Below, in pieces: positions 1 to 12,595 of a DNA stretch of 64,000 nucleotides. Numbering within the stretch: position 1 is the first letter of the stretch; every line of letters starts with the position of its first letter. The stretch lies in assembly GCF_036588685.1 (NCBI RefSeq), contig NC_086382.1, positions 50,197,378-50,261,377 on the forward strand, in the 5' to 3' direction. Position numbers and translations under genes: made by a program. Under the pieces are notes generated by a model that ran no database searches, was not told the origin of the DNA, and saw nothing but the letters and a program-made list of their open reading frames with translations. Origin of the DNA: Mytilus trossulus (taxonomy: Eukaryota).

Positions 1-51
1 TGTTTGTTCAAGAGAATGAAAGAATAAATGAATGTACTTGTTCTGTTTCAG

Positions 52-151
52 TGCCATTGCTAACAAACATGTGCTGAAGGCTATGTCCAGACTTGGAGCA
101 GGTTCTTTTGAATATTTTGATTCTCAATCAAAGTCAAAGTGGGAAAACAAG
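52..151 (+). CDS. Exon of VIT/vWA-family gene (vWA-domain-like segment AIANKHVLKAMSRLGAGSFEYFDSQSKSKWENK). Gene 5' end lies upstream of the window
   Basis: Acceptor ttctgtttcag at 45-51, donor aag|gtagat at 151/152. Open frame in the 32..238 ORF. Residue pattern typical of the end of a vWA domain. Confidence 0.45.
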
Positions 152-984
152 GTAGATATAGATCTATTAAGGATTTTTAATGGTCATGTTTTGGAATTTT
201 TATCAGATTTTCGAAATCCTCTGGTTTTATCCATTTGAATGCCTTAAAAAATTTTGCCCATGAACCCCCATTTTTCTTTTTATAAATCTTTTACATATAT
301 AATTATAAGCCATTTATAAAAGTTTTATAAAATCTTATTCATTTTTTGGAAAATGACGCAGTCATTGTTCCATAACTGCCGACCTGAACTTCATTTCATT
401 TCTCTGCCTACCGCGCTTGGTTTCGTATTTACTATTTTCCATACAAACTGGAATCTGCTTGTGTTATCATTATGCATCATTGTGTAGTATTAAATCAGCC
501 AGGACCCAGTTTACACTGGTTTCTACTTGAATTCCACTACACTCGAACAAAGTGTTGTAGTTTGACGGAAACCAGTTTTATAATTTGTAAACTACAAAAC
601 GTAATCGGTTATTGTTCATTCCGTTTTGGTGTTTCATACCGACTCATATGGTTTGAATAAGCTTAAGACCCTTCAAACATTAATGTGAAAGGTATATTAA
701 AGACTGTTTTACAAAAGGATTGAACTGTTTTACTTTCAAAGTCGTACTATAGGGATATCTGTCATATACGGATTTTCACTCTCACCAGTTAATTTCTTCT
801 ATTACACATGCTTTGGAAACTTCCTGCTTAAACATCGCAAGTTTTAAAATTGTTTTTGAGTGAATTAAACTTATTTTAACAATCATGAAGCGTTCCAGAA
901 TCATTTTAAAGCAGTTTCTTCTTCTCTTTGATGATGGAAAATAGATTTTCTCAAGAAAATACCGCAAACGATCGCAGAGGAATT

Positions 985-3792
985 GAAACTTACAAGTCAA
1001 GTCGGCACCTGGTTAAATTGGCATCTAGTCAAATCGGCACCTATTCGACGTCAATTCGGCATCCAATAATATTTGTTATAATATTTTCTATTCAATTAAT
1101 TAATTACTGTTACCAAGTACATAGTGAATATGTTGTTGTGTATTTTGGTAAACAACGAAACGAAAGTGAATATAATAATGTTGTGTATAAATGTAAACAA
1201 CGAAGCCCTTACCAAAGCTGTTGTTTTTACAATTAGACAATTTGTGTAATTGTAAAAACAAGTCAATTATTAAAATAAAATGGAAAACTATGAGTCCCTT
1301 TCAATAAATCAAACTTTCATGCAAAATAATTAGCAAATTTAAGGTGTTTTTTTTTCAGTAAAGTTTATACAGCATTAAACCAACAATCCTGTAAAATGCT
1401 CAACTGGTTAAAATATTGCAGAAAAATACCCAATATCTCATGTATTAGTCAAAATAATTATGACGTCTGGCAAGGCTATTTTATTATTTTTCTGGGACGC
1501 CTTCCTACGACGTTCGTAGGAAGGCGTCCCAGAAAAAAAATTAATATAGCCTTGCGGTCATAGGAAAGTGTTCCAGAATAAAATTAAAAAAGCCTTGCCA
1601 GACGTAATAATTATTTGGACTACTCATATATATATATCATTAAAACTACACCAAAAAAGTCATTTAGTTGAGAAAAATAAATATATACAAAATGTACATG
1701 AACACCCAAAAATGTGAAAGTTAGTATTTAACTCTTTTTGCTTAAATACTGAAAAAAATTCTGGCAAGCCCTTTCTTATTTTTACCCTATTGCTTAAAAT
1801 ACTGTTAAAAATATATATTTACAGTGACTTGTCTGAAGGTGTTACTGTAAAAGTTTACCTATAGCTCAATCAGTTTTTAAAATTGACAACACAATAGGGA
1901 CATTTAAATTAATTGACCAGTTGGTATTGTTAGATTTAAATTTACCTTGATGCTACCTGTAAGATTTTTATTCACCTAACCCAAAGTTTCAGCATGCTTT
2001 TTTCCAGAACTTTTTCTTACCTAGGATTATTCTATTAAAAATTGATAGGGAAGAAAATAGTTTTTGGTTCTTATTGTTTTAAATCCCTGATATTTATGAT
2101 TTATCAAATTATTACCTAAAATTCTAAATCAGTAAAAGATTAAATTAAATATGTATTACTATGTTTGAAAATTTAAACTTTATTTACACACTAAATGCTT
2201 CTTTAAAATTCGAACCCTTAAACATAGTTTTGTCCAGCTGCCAGTGAAACAAGAAATAGCTGTTCAGGTGTTTACAGTTTAAATTTTCAGAGGGATATGT
2301 TGTTCATTTCTTCACATGACCCTTCAAGATTCTCATTTTGGATTATTATTTGCAATGTTTGAAATCTTTTGGTGTCATTGTGCATACAATATTGGATTTA
2401 TTTCATTTGAATTCACTTCTTAGATTTTTTATGGCAATTTTGCTTCTTAAAATGTGATGTGTTTTTTTTCAAGATGTTATTGTCATGAAGGACATCAAGG
2501 AGGAAAAAATTCATTCAAACTGTTCTGTGGGGCTAACATATGATGTTGTACATGTAAAATTCGAAAATAATTTTGGAGTATACCTTGCTGTGTTTTTTCT
2601 TTGAAATCTATTATAATATCAGTGGGACTTTTGTGTATAAAATGCTGTGTTCAATCAAGGAAATTCAAATTTTCATAGATGGGTTTTTGTTATGTTAAAG
2701 ATTAAACAAATTCAAAACTGGAATTCAAGTAAGAGATATAGTGCGAGTTCATCCAACATGTTTCTGTGGCTTTAAACGTGATTTTAAAAACATTCATTAT
2801 TAGTTTTGGGATCTATTACAAACTTAAGATGATTTATCATTTAAATGGGGTCTTGGAAACGAAATAAAATGTTGAATTAATGCAGTGGATATAGTCTAAT
2901 CTAGTGATAAAGTGAAAAATGAAAGTAAAATATAATATTCCTAACGTGAGGAAATGTTTTAAGTGATTCATGTGAAATTGGAAATAGTAATTATAAAATT
3001 CTGGATCAAATATTGTTTGAGTTGGAAATTTATCATAGGAAAAGAAATAAAATGTTTACTGTGGATATAGTAAAATCAAGTGATATATAGTAAAAATATA
3101 AATACAATATTACAAAATATTTGTAAAGTGAGGACATCTATTTGGAATATAGTAATGGAATTGATAACAAAATAACAAGATTCTGCACCTGTTAAATTAG
3201 GTTGTATATCATGGGAAGTTAATCAGAATTTAAACTATGGATTTAGAAAAAAATCTAGTGAAGTAGTGAAAAATGAATGAAATTTGGAATTATTTAAAAT
3301 ATTTGGAATTCTGGATGAGATGTCAAATATTAGTGTTAAAAATAAATAAAATTGTTTATTCAAATATGATTTTGATGTTTCATAAAGTGAGTGAAATATT
3401 ACGACTGGATTATTTAGGGTATAAACACGGCTAGTAGTGGCTATACAAACATTAAGATGAAATGTAGTGCATTTAAGTCTATGCAATTTTAAACAAACTG
3501 CAAGAAAATATCATATATGATATAGTCATTCTTGTTTGGCTTGATCACTCCTAATATTTTGAATGACAGTAAAATAAAAATCTCTCAATAGAATAATCCT
3601 AGGTAAGAAAAAGTTCAGGAAAAAAAGGACAATTTAAAAAAAAGGTTGAGCTATAGGTAAACTTTTACAGTAATACCTTTAGGCAAGTCACTGTAACATG
3701 GGTGACGAATTGACTATATCAGGTGTCGATTTTAACCAGGTGATGATTTGTCCAGGTGCCAATTTAACTAGGTGCCGGTTTGACTAGAATTC
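985..3792. mobile_element. Large inverted-repeat (foldback-like) element. Outer IR 985-1062 / 3705-3792 ('tcggcacct' sub-repeats), inner IR 1818-2035 / 3585-3700
   Basis: By-eye reverse-complement matches of both arm pairs. Confidence 0.4.
1452..1620. repeat. Nested hairpin/MITE-like palindrome (aataattatgacgtctggcaaggct … ctgggacgccttcctacgacgttcgtaggaaggcgtcccag … agccttgccagacgtaataatta)
   Basis: Perfect 19-bp inner stem and matching outer arms. Confidence 0.7.
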
Positions 3793-3892
3793 TTTGACAA
3801 ATGTTTGAAATTATCTGAGTTTCATTAGACCTTTGATAGCAGTAACAAAAAGATTATTTACTTAATATTTTGTGGGAGAAGGGGGTTCAGAC

Positions 3893-4612
3893 TGTGTGGT
3901 ATCAGGTCTGTTTGTGCCCAATACATTTTCGCACCCTACACGTTCGCACATTCACACTACTCATTCGTGCCCAATTTTAATTCAAATTCAAGTTGAATAA
4001 TTGGAAAATCATGGTTGTTGTTTTAAATTGCTTTGGTGTAAATACTGAATGTATTTATAGCTTGGTATGAGTAAAACATTGAAGATTTTAAAGGAAAAAA
4101 CACAAAAGATAATTGTTTTTAACAGCTTGGTCCCATTGATCTGAAACAACGAAACAATAAAACATAGACACCAAAATATAGCAATCAACTAATATAACCA
4201 AAACATGATAAAATTTATTCAACACACAGAAACAAACATAGTCAGAATCTCATTTCATTTTGAAACAAGTCAATGAAACAAGTTATAGCAATACACTAAC
4301 CAAAACATGATTAAGAGTTATTCAACACAAAATAAAACGTTAACAAAATACCACTTTATTTAGAAAGAATTATTATTATTTTTAGCAATACCCTATCCAA
4401 AACATGATTAAGATTTATTCAACACAAAAAAAAAAATTGCTGTCTTACTTTATTTTGAGACAATGACAACAATTATACTTATAAGAAAACACTTGCTTAC
4501 AGAGTTATTAAACACAAAACCAATTAAGATTGGGTGCGAACATGTAGGGTGTGAAAGTGAAAGGGGGTGAAAATGAGTGGGCGCAAACGTGAATGGAAGC
4601 GAACGGACCCGT
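3893..4612. mobile_element. MITE-like element with imperfect TIRs (…cgcaccctacacgttcgcaca… / …cacaccctacatgttcgcaccc…) and an internal ~55-bp tandem array (4130-4480)
   Basis: Seen in sequence. Confidence 0.4.
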
Positions 4613-5385
4613 ATTCAGACTATGTACCAGTGAGAAATATACAAGCCTTTCTATGGTATTTATTTGTACAATTCAGCTAGTCTTGACCTATTCATTTGTC
4701 TTAAAAAAACAGCCAGTTGTCACCTTCACTTCACACACACACACATATACGAATATCAATTATATGCTCACGATACATGTTGCATTGTTAAACTAATTAC
4801 GGTACGTGAAAATCAAGACTTGCATAAAAACTATCCCAATATTAGAGACAGTGGCGTCATTTTTCTTCAGAGCTTTCAGCTCTTTGATTATTAGTGTTTG
4901 AGAACTTTAAGTGGTCAATGATAAAGCTATGAAAAATCAAGAGAGAACATTTTCCCGCCACAATGTCAATGGCTAATATCTCGAAAACAAGCACATTGAC
5001 CCCTATAATTTTTTGGCTTTTTTAATTCCTCAATTAATCCCCTATCAATATACACGAGTTTTATGGTAAGTTATTTATTTTGAAACTGAGCAGCAAACAT
5101 CCTTAAAGAAGCTTTTTTATGTAACTATTTTTATGTTTGAAGAAGAGTTTTATGTTTTTTTTAAATGGTATTTATTTAAAGTTTTATTTGATGAAAAAGA
5201 GGATACAATAAGCTGTAGAAAGAAAAAAGATCAGTAAAATAGTATTTTTCATTAGAACTCTTTTAAAGTCTTTTACAATAAGAAAGCTGAAAACACAGTG
5301 AAAAAATAAAAATAATGACATTTTATGTCATCTAAAAACATCATGACTTGTGTGATCTATAATTCATAATATATGAATATTGCAG

Positions 5386-5550
5386 GTAAAATCCCAAATT
5401 CAGAAGACCTCTCAGCCAGTGTTGACCTCTGTATCAGTTGCTTGGCAACAGTTTGATACTCCGCCTCCAGTTCAAGCTCCACAACAAATCACAGCTCTGT
5501 TTAATGGCTCCAGACTTGTGGTATATGGATTTGTCAGCAATTGTAAAATG
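5386..5550 (+). CDS. Exon of VIT/vWA-family gene (VKSQIQKTSQPVLTSVSVAWQQFDTPPPVQAPQQITALFNGSRLVVYGFVSNCKM)
   Basis: Acceptor ttgcag|gta at 5385/5386, donor atg|gtaatt at 5550/5551. Phase 0 to 0, so in frame with neighbouring exons. Confidence 0.5.
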
Positions 5551-5570
5551 GTAATTATAATATAAAAAAG

Positions 5571-5708
5571 AAGATGTGGTATTATTGCCAATGAGACAAC
5601 TATCCACAAAAGACCAAAATGACACAAACATTAACAACTAAAGCTATATAGGTACCCGTACGGCCTCCAATAATGAGCAAAGCCCATACCGCATAGTCAG
5701 CTATAAAA
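5571..5708 (-). mobile_element. SINE/MITE-like dispersed repeat copy (aagatgtggtattattgccaatgagacaactatccac…caataatgagcaaagcccataccgcatagtcagc)
   Basis: Reverse complement of the 14531-14648 copy. Confidence 0.7.
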
Positions 5709-6781
5709 GTACATTTTACAATTTTGTTTTGTTATACATTGACAATTAACAAACTTACAGACAAATCAGACAATTATTTCATAAGTCAGACTGTTTTCTT
5801 GTTAGATTAACCTTTTTTTTGTTCTAAAGAATAAAGTATCCTTTTTTTCACCCTTTTTATATCTATGTTGGGAGCCAATATAATGTAACTTTTTGTGCTA
5901 AGAATCATCAGTTTGAATTCACAAAAGTTACATTATGGAAAGTTGAAACACTGGGTCGATGCCACTGCTGGTGGACGTTTCGTCCCCGAGGGTATCACCA
6001 GCCTTGTAGTCAGTACTTCGGTGTTGGCATGAATATCAATTATATGGTCATTTTTATAAATTTTCTGTTTACAAAACTTAGAATTTTTCGAAAAACTAAG
6101 GATTCTCTTACCCCAGGAGTAGATTACCTTAGCCGTATTTGGCACATCTTTTTGGAATTTTGGGTCCTCAATGCTCTTACTTTGTATTTATTTGGCTTTT
6201 TAACTATTTTGATCTGAGCGTCACTGATGAGTCTTATGTAGACGAAACGCGCGTCTGGCGTATAACATTGTAATCCTGGTACTTTTGATAACTATTTAAG
6301 AATCATTACTTTTAAAGATCTCACATAAACAACATTACATATATTAAACTTTTAACAGGGATTTCCAATGTTTGTGCAGACATATTACCAAATTTGACAT
6401 GTAAATTGATCACCCTGATATAATACATGAATATGTAATGTATTCTTTATGGACATATTTCTTGTTTAGGTGAATTATTATTTTGTTTTTCACAAATCAT
6501 AATATATTGTTCCAAAATGATAACTTTAAATAGCTTTCCATTAACTTCAGTATTCTATTGCAAATTTTAGTATATTGACTGCCAATATATTAGAGTTATG
6601 CCCCTTGAAATGATTTTTTTTTAAAGCCTCTAATAGTATATAGTTATATATACCATGAACTTATACAATGATGTGAAAGATCAAAGATAGGTTATGTTCT
6701 CTATCATTTATATAACTGGTTTGCCTTCAAATGAATATAATATGTACACATATAAACCATGTTTTACTGTTTTTTATAAAG

Positions 6782-6862
6782 GCTACTTTAAAGGCAGAGA
6801 TTGGTGGCCAAGAAATATCTACTGTTGTCTCTACGTCGGAGCTCAGTACTACTCAAGGACAG
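6782..6862 (+). CDS. Small Ser/Thr-rich exon (ATLKAEIGGQEISTVVSTSELSTTQGQ). Alternative acceptor at 6793/6794
   Basis: Polypyrimidine tract plus ataaag| acceptor, donor cag|gtaagg at 6862/6863. 81 nt, phase 0-0. Its 3' end and donor are the founding unit of the downstream 60-bp tandem array. Confidence 0.3.
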
Positions 6863-7576
6863 GTAAGGATAACAAGAAATATCTACTTTTGTCTCTACAT
6901 CTGAACTCAGTACTACTCAAGGACAGGTAAGGATAACAAGGAATATCTACTGTTGTCTCTACATCTGAACTCAGTACTACTCAAGGACAGGTAAGGATAA
7001 CAATAAATATCTACTGTTGTCTCTACATCTGAACTCAGTACTACTCAAGGACAGGTAAGGATAACAAGGAATATCTACTGTTGTCTCTACATCTGAACTC
7101 AGTACTACTCAAGGACAGGTAAGGATAACAAGAAATATCTACTGTTGTCTCTACATCTGAACTCAGTACTACTCAAGGACAGGTAAGGATAACAATGAAT
7201 ATCTACTGTTGTCTCTACATCTGAACTCAGTACTACTCAAGGACAGGTAAGGATAACAAGGAATATCTACTGTTGTCTCTACATCTGAACTCAGTACTAC
7301 TCAAGGACAGGTAAGGATAACAAGAAATATCTACTGTTGTCTCTACATCTGAACTCAGTACTACTCAAGGACAGGTAAGGATAACAAGAAATATCTACTG
7401 TTGTCTCTACATCTGAACTCAGTACTACTCAAGGACAGGTAAGGATAACAATAAATATCTACTGTTGTCTCTACATCTGAACTCAGTACTACTCAAGGAC
7501 AGGTAAGGATAACAAGAAATATCTACTTTTGTCTCTACATCGGAGCTCAGTACTACTCAAGGACAGGTAAGGATAA
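6812..7576 (+). repeat. 60-bp minisatellite, about 12.7 copies (unit aaatatctactgttgtctctacatctgaactcagtactactcaaggacaggtaaggataacaag)
   Basis: Direct tandem copies seen in the sequence. Each copy carries the exon 3' end plus the caggtaagg donor. Copies differ by single bases (aagaaat / aaggaat / aataaat / aatgaat). Confidence 0.9.
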
Positions 7577-7910
7577 TTTTACATCTGTTTTGGTTTTTGG
7601 AAACTTTGAACACAAATACAATGTTCTCACTTTCAGATCTGACATTAGTAATATCATGTGTATAAACTTGATATTGTTATGATCTATCTTGATAAAAAAA
7701 ACAATGGAGAAAATATAATTGTTACTGTGTTAAAATGGTCACAACTGTTCCTTTAGGGGGGAAGTCAGAGCTTTATACTAAACTGTTTTGAAGACAACAT
7801 GTTGACCACTAAATGTCTTCTTTCTTTGTTTGTTGCCCTGCTGTCATGTACTGAGAATCACCTTGTATTCATGAGATGGATATGATAATGTTGTTGTTTT
7901 TTTCTTGCAG

Positions 7911-7991
7911 AATCTTCACAGACTGACTGCTAAAGCAATAATCAGAGACTGGGAAGATGGAGTACTCTCCCCTGATAGTATTGACCATCAG
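7911..7991 (+). CDS. Exon of VIT/vWA-family gene (NLHRLTAKAIIRDWEDGVLSPDSIDHQ)
   Basis: Acceptor tttttttcttgcag at 7910, donor cag|gtaaaa at 7991/7992. 81 nt, phase 0-0. Confidence 0.5.
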
Positions 7992-8574
7992 GTAAAATTA
8001 AATGAATAACGTAGAATCTGAACTTTAGTTTGGATGTGAATCTTAACAGTCAGTTACTAATTTCACAAAATTTCTTACAATAAAAAATGCTTGTAAGTCA
8101 CATTCACATTTAAGTACAACACTAAATTTCATTTACGTTTTATTAATTGTTTTTTGAAAAGAGGAGAAAATTTTCAGTATGTTAACTGACAAGACTTAGT
8201 GTTAATTGAGACCCCTGCTACCAAAGATGATATTTGCTGCTGCTCATGATTTATCAGCCAATCATACAGCATTCAGGATTTAGAGCATTTGGCTTTGAGT
8301 CAATAAATGTGTGTGAGCAGGGTAAGATGTTGTCCTGCACAGACAACTAGTGATCTTTATCTTGTTAAAAGTCATGCCCAAGATGTCATTCTATTACAAA
8401 ACAGTGTTCATATTTGTATAGCAGTTTAACCTTTACATCCTTATTTGCTGAAAATGAAAGTTCATGTTATAACTAAAACACCAGCTGCAAAATTGCATCT
8501 AGTATCCAAGCTCTTTATTTTGAGACATTGAAATTACTGAGTCAGTTGCTGAATTACTCTAGGAGGTATTATAT

Positions 8575-8765
8575 ACTGTAAATCAGAAATTGATGCGTGC
8601 ATTTATTATTGTGATTTTGTCATTTTAGAATAAAATGCAATTTAATTTTTGAGATATTTAGAAAATTCCTGTTTGATTCATATAATAAATTTCAAAATGC
8701 GAGTTTTAATTATCGTGATGATAAATCTGTCGCATTTTCTCAATAAAAACATCCCAATGATTTTT
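8575..8765 (+). mobile_element. MITE-like repeat (aatcagaaattgatgcgtgcatttattattgtgattttgtcatttt…aaaatgcgagttttaattatcgtg…). Second copy at 19015-19245
   Basis: Two copies with internal palindrome (…ttattgcgagg…cctcgcatttt…). Confidence 0.5.
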
Positions 8766-8823
8766 AAATTTAAGGTAATTATTATGGATAAAGAAGTAGA
8801 TTTATTTATGATTTTTTTTGCAG

Positions 8824-8925
8824 TTGAAGAAGATGGACATGAAAGACTATATAATAGAACTGAGTAAGAAATACTCTATAGTCACTCAGCTGACAAGTTT
8901 TATAGCCGTGGAGAAAAGAGAAAAG
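8824..8925 (+). CDS. Exon of VIT/vWA-family gene with ITIH/VWA5A-like motif (LKKMDMKDYIIELSKKYSIVTQLTSFIAVEKREK)
   Basis: Acceptor ttttttttgcag at 8823, donor aag|gtaata at 8925/8926. The 'YS.VT.LTSF.AVE' pattern recalls the conserved C-terminal heavy-chain motif of inter-alpha-trypsin-inhibitor / VWA5 / PARP4 proteins (from memory). Confidence 0.55.
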
Positions 8926-9465
8926 GTAATATTTACCTATGTTAATAGATCAGAATATTTAACGACAACTCTTTGTCCGTTAGGGTCCATCTGTTGTATC
9001 TTTTGTTACATATAACACAGATTATGTATGCAGTATTTTGATGGTTAGTCTTTCCTACAAATTTTGAATGACCAAACATAGATGTGGAGGGTCTTTCTAA
9101 TATATTGAATATGCTTTTAAAACTTTTAAAAGGCCTAAAAAAATGGTCCAAATTAAATGGACAGACATACTGATAATGTTGCTCTAGGTTATGAAACTTT
9201 TAACACTAATGGACTTGTAGGCTTGTTAATTTATTCTGTAACTATTTCATGGACAAATAATACAGAATAGAATAACACTTAAAAGTTTTAAACTAAATTC
9301 AAAGTGACTTGATAACTGTACAACCCAGAACTGTTTGAATACTAGTAAATCTATTTTCCCATGTTTTATATAATCAAAAAGTTCAGAATAAATACACACT
9401 AGAAACGGTAACTTTATATTAAAATAAAGAGATGTGGTATGATTGCCAAGGAGACAAATATTGAG

Positions 9466-10966
9466 GGGGATAGGATCTTTATCAGGACTCCAGGACAGAC
9501 TTGGGGTCAATTACATTGGAATGTAATTAATTAAATTACACATTACATTGCAAAAATGGTCAATTACATCAATTACACATTACACTGTTTTTGAAATGTA
9601 ATTAATTAAGTTACAATTACTTTACTAAAGTAATTAATTAAATTACACATTACATTTCGTCATGGTATTTTTTAACAATATTATACATGTATAAATAATG
9701 CATGTGTAAAATATTCATGTAAGCATAGTTTAAGCGTTGCATTATTGATAATCATTAGCTATTTTAATGTTTTGTCATTTAGTCTGCATCTCTTTGACAG
9801 CAATTCTAAATAGCTTTTCGGTAGCTAATGTGGCAGATATTGCTTGATCAGAACATGGAAGTTCTATGATCAGAAGATCATCATATTGATAGGAGAGGGA
9901 ATTGGTTCCTATTAACTTGCCAATACATCAAGGGGTATTTTGACATCTCAGAAATGGAAGTCATTTGAATTAAACAGAGTTTAAACAAAGATATTATACA
10001 TAAATCATAAATAAATTTGTTTACATTAAAAATATCAAAAAGTGTGCTTGTCATAATATTGAAAATAATTTTTAGTACAAATAATGTATGCATAATGTTT
10101 AAATATTATCAATATTTTGCTAATTAGATAAAAATACATGTAACAGTGGCATAGCCCCTGGACATTTTAATCTCATTAATTGCTTTGTTTTTACAGCTAT
10201 TAATTTTTATTTCTATAATCCTTTTGTGTCTACTTATTTGACAAAATGATAGTGTACAGTGATTTTAAATTCTAAATGAACTGTCTAAGAAAGATTTTTA
10301 ACAGTGACACTTTGTTTTTTGTTTAACAAGGTGATTAATTACTTATCAATCGATTTAGTTAAAAGATCTTTCTTAAAAACTGAACACTAATATATGATTC
10401 TCACATTTTTTTAAATTATAATTAAGAATAATTATTAAAGAAAACATCTGTAGGTCAAATAAATATTAATATACATTGTAACTTCAGTATAAATTATAGA
10501 CTTCATATTTTGAAAAAAGTATGTGATATCAATATTTGAAAAACAAGTACTATTTTACAATTTTATTTATTAAACACAAATCCTCATCTTTAAGTTTAAC
10601 ACCATAAAAGTATATGTAATTGAAATGTAATTCAAAAGTAATTGAGCATTACATGCTTTTTTCAATGTAATTAATTAAATTACCATTACATGATATTAAA
10701 AAAATGCTCAATTACACATTACATTCAATTACATGGAAAATTGTAATGCATTACACTTAATTACCATTACATTTTCAATTACCCCATCCCTGCTCCAGGA
10801 TCGGGTGTTTTTAAGCTCAGGATTTCGGGATTGACCCTTTCAGAATCCATGAATTCTTCTTTGCGAATTTCGGGACCTCAGGATTTTGTGTTTTTAAGCA
10901 CTGGATTTCAGGATTACGTTTTTCCAAGCCCGGGATTTCGGGATCAGGACCCCTCCTATCCCCCCG
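9466..10966. mobile_element. TIR element (termini gggggataggatc… / …gatcaggacccctcctatcccccc) with subterminal 'gtaattaattaaattacacattacatt' and 'caggatttcgggat' repeats
   Basis: Terminal inverted repeats seen. Solo ends of the same family at 15150-15345 (+) and 47787-47966 (-). Confidence 0.6.
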
Positions 10967-11337
10967 GATATTCACCGGAGTTGAAATGAATACGGTGTAA
11001 GCAATTATAGTCAACCATACAGCCTTCAACAATTCGAAAAACCCATGTCGTATAATTGACTATTAAAGCTAATACTAAGTTATGTTGGTCAGATATTTTT
11101 AGAAATCTGTAAGAATAAATATGTCTAGCTATAAACTAATAATGAAATATATAGATTATTATGATGTAAAATCAGAATTAGATTTTTTGCATTTATTATT
11201 GTTAAGTTTTTATAGCAGATAAAAAATGATCATTTAAATTAATATAATTTTTGTGTAAATTGTAGAATAACTATTACTCTATATAAAAGTTTTCATCCTG
11301 TCAAATTTTCCACATAAGGGGTAAAAAATATATATCT

Positions 11338-11500
11338 GAAATGATCTGTATGCCTACCAATATGCATATGTGAAAGTTAAAAATATATCTGAATGATCTG
11401 TATGCCAACCAATATGCATATGTGAAAGTTAGAAATATATCTGAATGATCTGTATGCCAACCAATATGCATATGTGAAAGTTAAAAATATTTCTTTCATA
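11338..11500 (+). repeat. 3 x ~55-bp tandem repeat (aaaaatatatctgaatgatctgtatgccaaccaatatgcatatgtgaaagtta) immediately upstream of the acidic exon
   Basis: Seen in sequence. Confidence 0.8.
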
Positions 11501-11528
11501 TGTTATGTTAAAATTTGACTTGATTAAG

Positions 11529-11805
11529 GATGAAGTGCTTCATGCTGATGGACCATCAATACTGGAATTGGTTTCTGATGAAGATGTGGATACTTTGCAG
11601 TATTTAGGATGGGAAGGGGAAGTGGAACATTCTTATTATGAAATTGGCGACATGGAAGTGGAAGAGACTTATGATGAAGTTGTCGACATGGATATGGAAG
11701 ATACTGATGAAGAAGTTGTCTACATGGATAGGAAAGATTCTTACAACAAACGTTATGGCGCAGATATGGAAGAAGCCGCTCCAATGCATGATCTTTATTT
11801 ATGTG
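11529..11805 (+). CDS. Acidic exon (…SDEDVDTLQYLGWEGEVEHSYYEIGDMEVEETYDEVVDMDMEDTDEEVVYMD…). Either a host-gene exon or the ATG-initiated first exon (ATG at 11505) of the nested 14-3-3-like gene
   Basis: Open frame from 11478. Possible acceptor aag| at 11528 or start codon at 11505. Strong donor tgtg|gtaagt at 11805/11806. Ends in phase 1, compatible with both 13667 and 20982 acceptors. Confidence 0.35.
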
Positions 11806-12595
11806 GTAAGTTGATTTAGGAACAGAATTTTAATGCGATAGGTACCCAATTCAAAATCACTTACTGTTTTATGTCCATATTTTCGTGTCTTATCTCAAAA
11901 CTGCTACATGTAGTAGTGCTACAAGGTATTTTTATAGAGAGAAATCACATATTTGATGTCAGAGCCCATTTCTTTAAAAAAACAAATCCCTTGATTTAAC
12001 CCTCTATGATATTTGAAGATTGACTGTCATATGCAAGTAAATTTCTATCATTTATTTATAAAAAGACATATTTGTTTTAAAGATTTTAAGAATGATTCTG
12101 GCCTCACGATCATAAAACTTTCTAGCATGATTTTTGTACTTTGACTCGACAATCAACCAATCAAATTTCTGGATTTCATGTTTAAAGCATGATTTTTGTG
12201 CTCAGAGCACTGAGCAATATTTTGTGCCTTCAAGGCCTGGTTATATGTATAAAAAAAATGAACTTTGGTTGTGATATTATAATTGTATCTTATAAAATAT
12301 ATTTTAAAAATTGGAATTTATATAGAATTCTTGAAAATGCTCTGATATAATTTGAACGTTTGCAGCCTACATGTTTTGTCTGATGAGTTGAGAATACTGT
12401 GATGTGCAATAAATCTATATATATTAAGGATGAGTAATTTGAAGATCTGATTGATGTACACAACTTTAGACACATATAAGTAGAGTCTTTAGTAAACAGC
12501 CAATTTATATAAAAAAAAATGGGGGGAGGGGGGGGGGGGGGTAGCAAAAATCATTGTCATTGTCAATCCCTTCTAAAAATTAATAAAACAAGAAT

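Noticed and set aside
6812-7576. Possibility that the regular 60-bp array is a CRISPR-like or spacer-containing array
   Set aside because: Units are contiguous with no unique spacers, and the context is a eukaryotic intron. It is a minisatellite
11524-11789. Minus-strand ORFs overlapping the acidic exon
   Set aside because: Antisense reading of a repetitive GAA/GAT-rich coding segment. No signals
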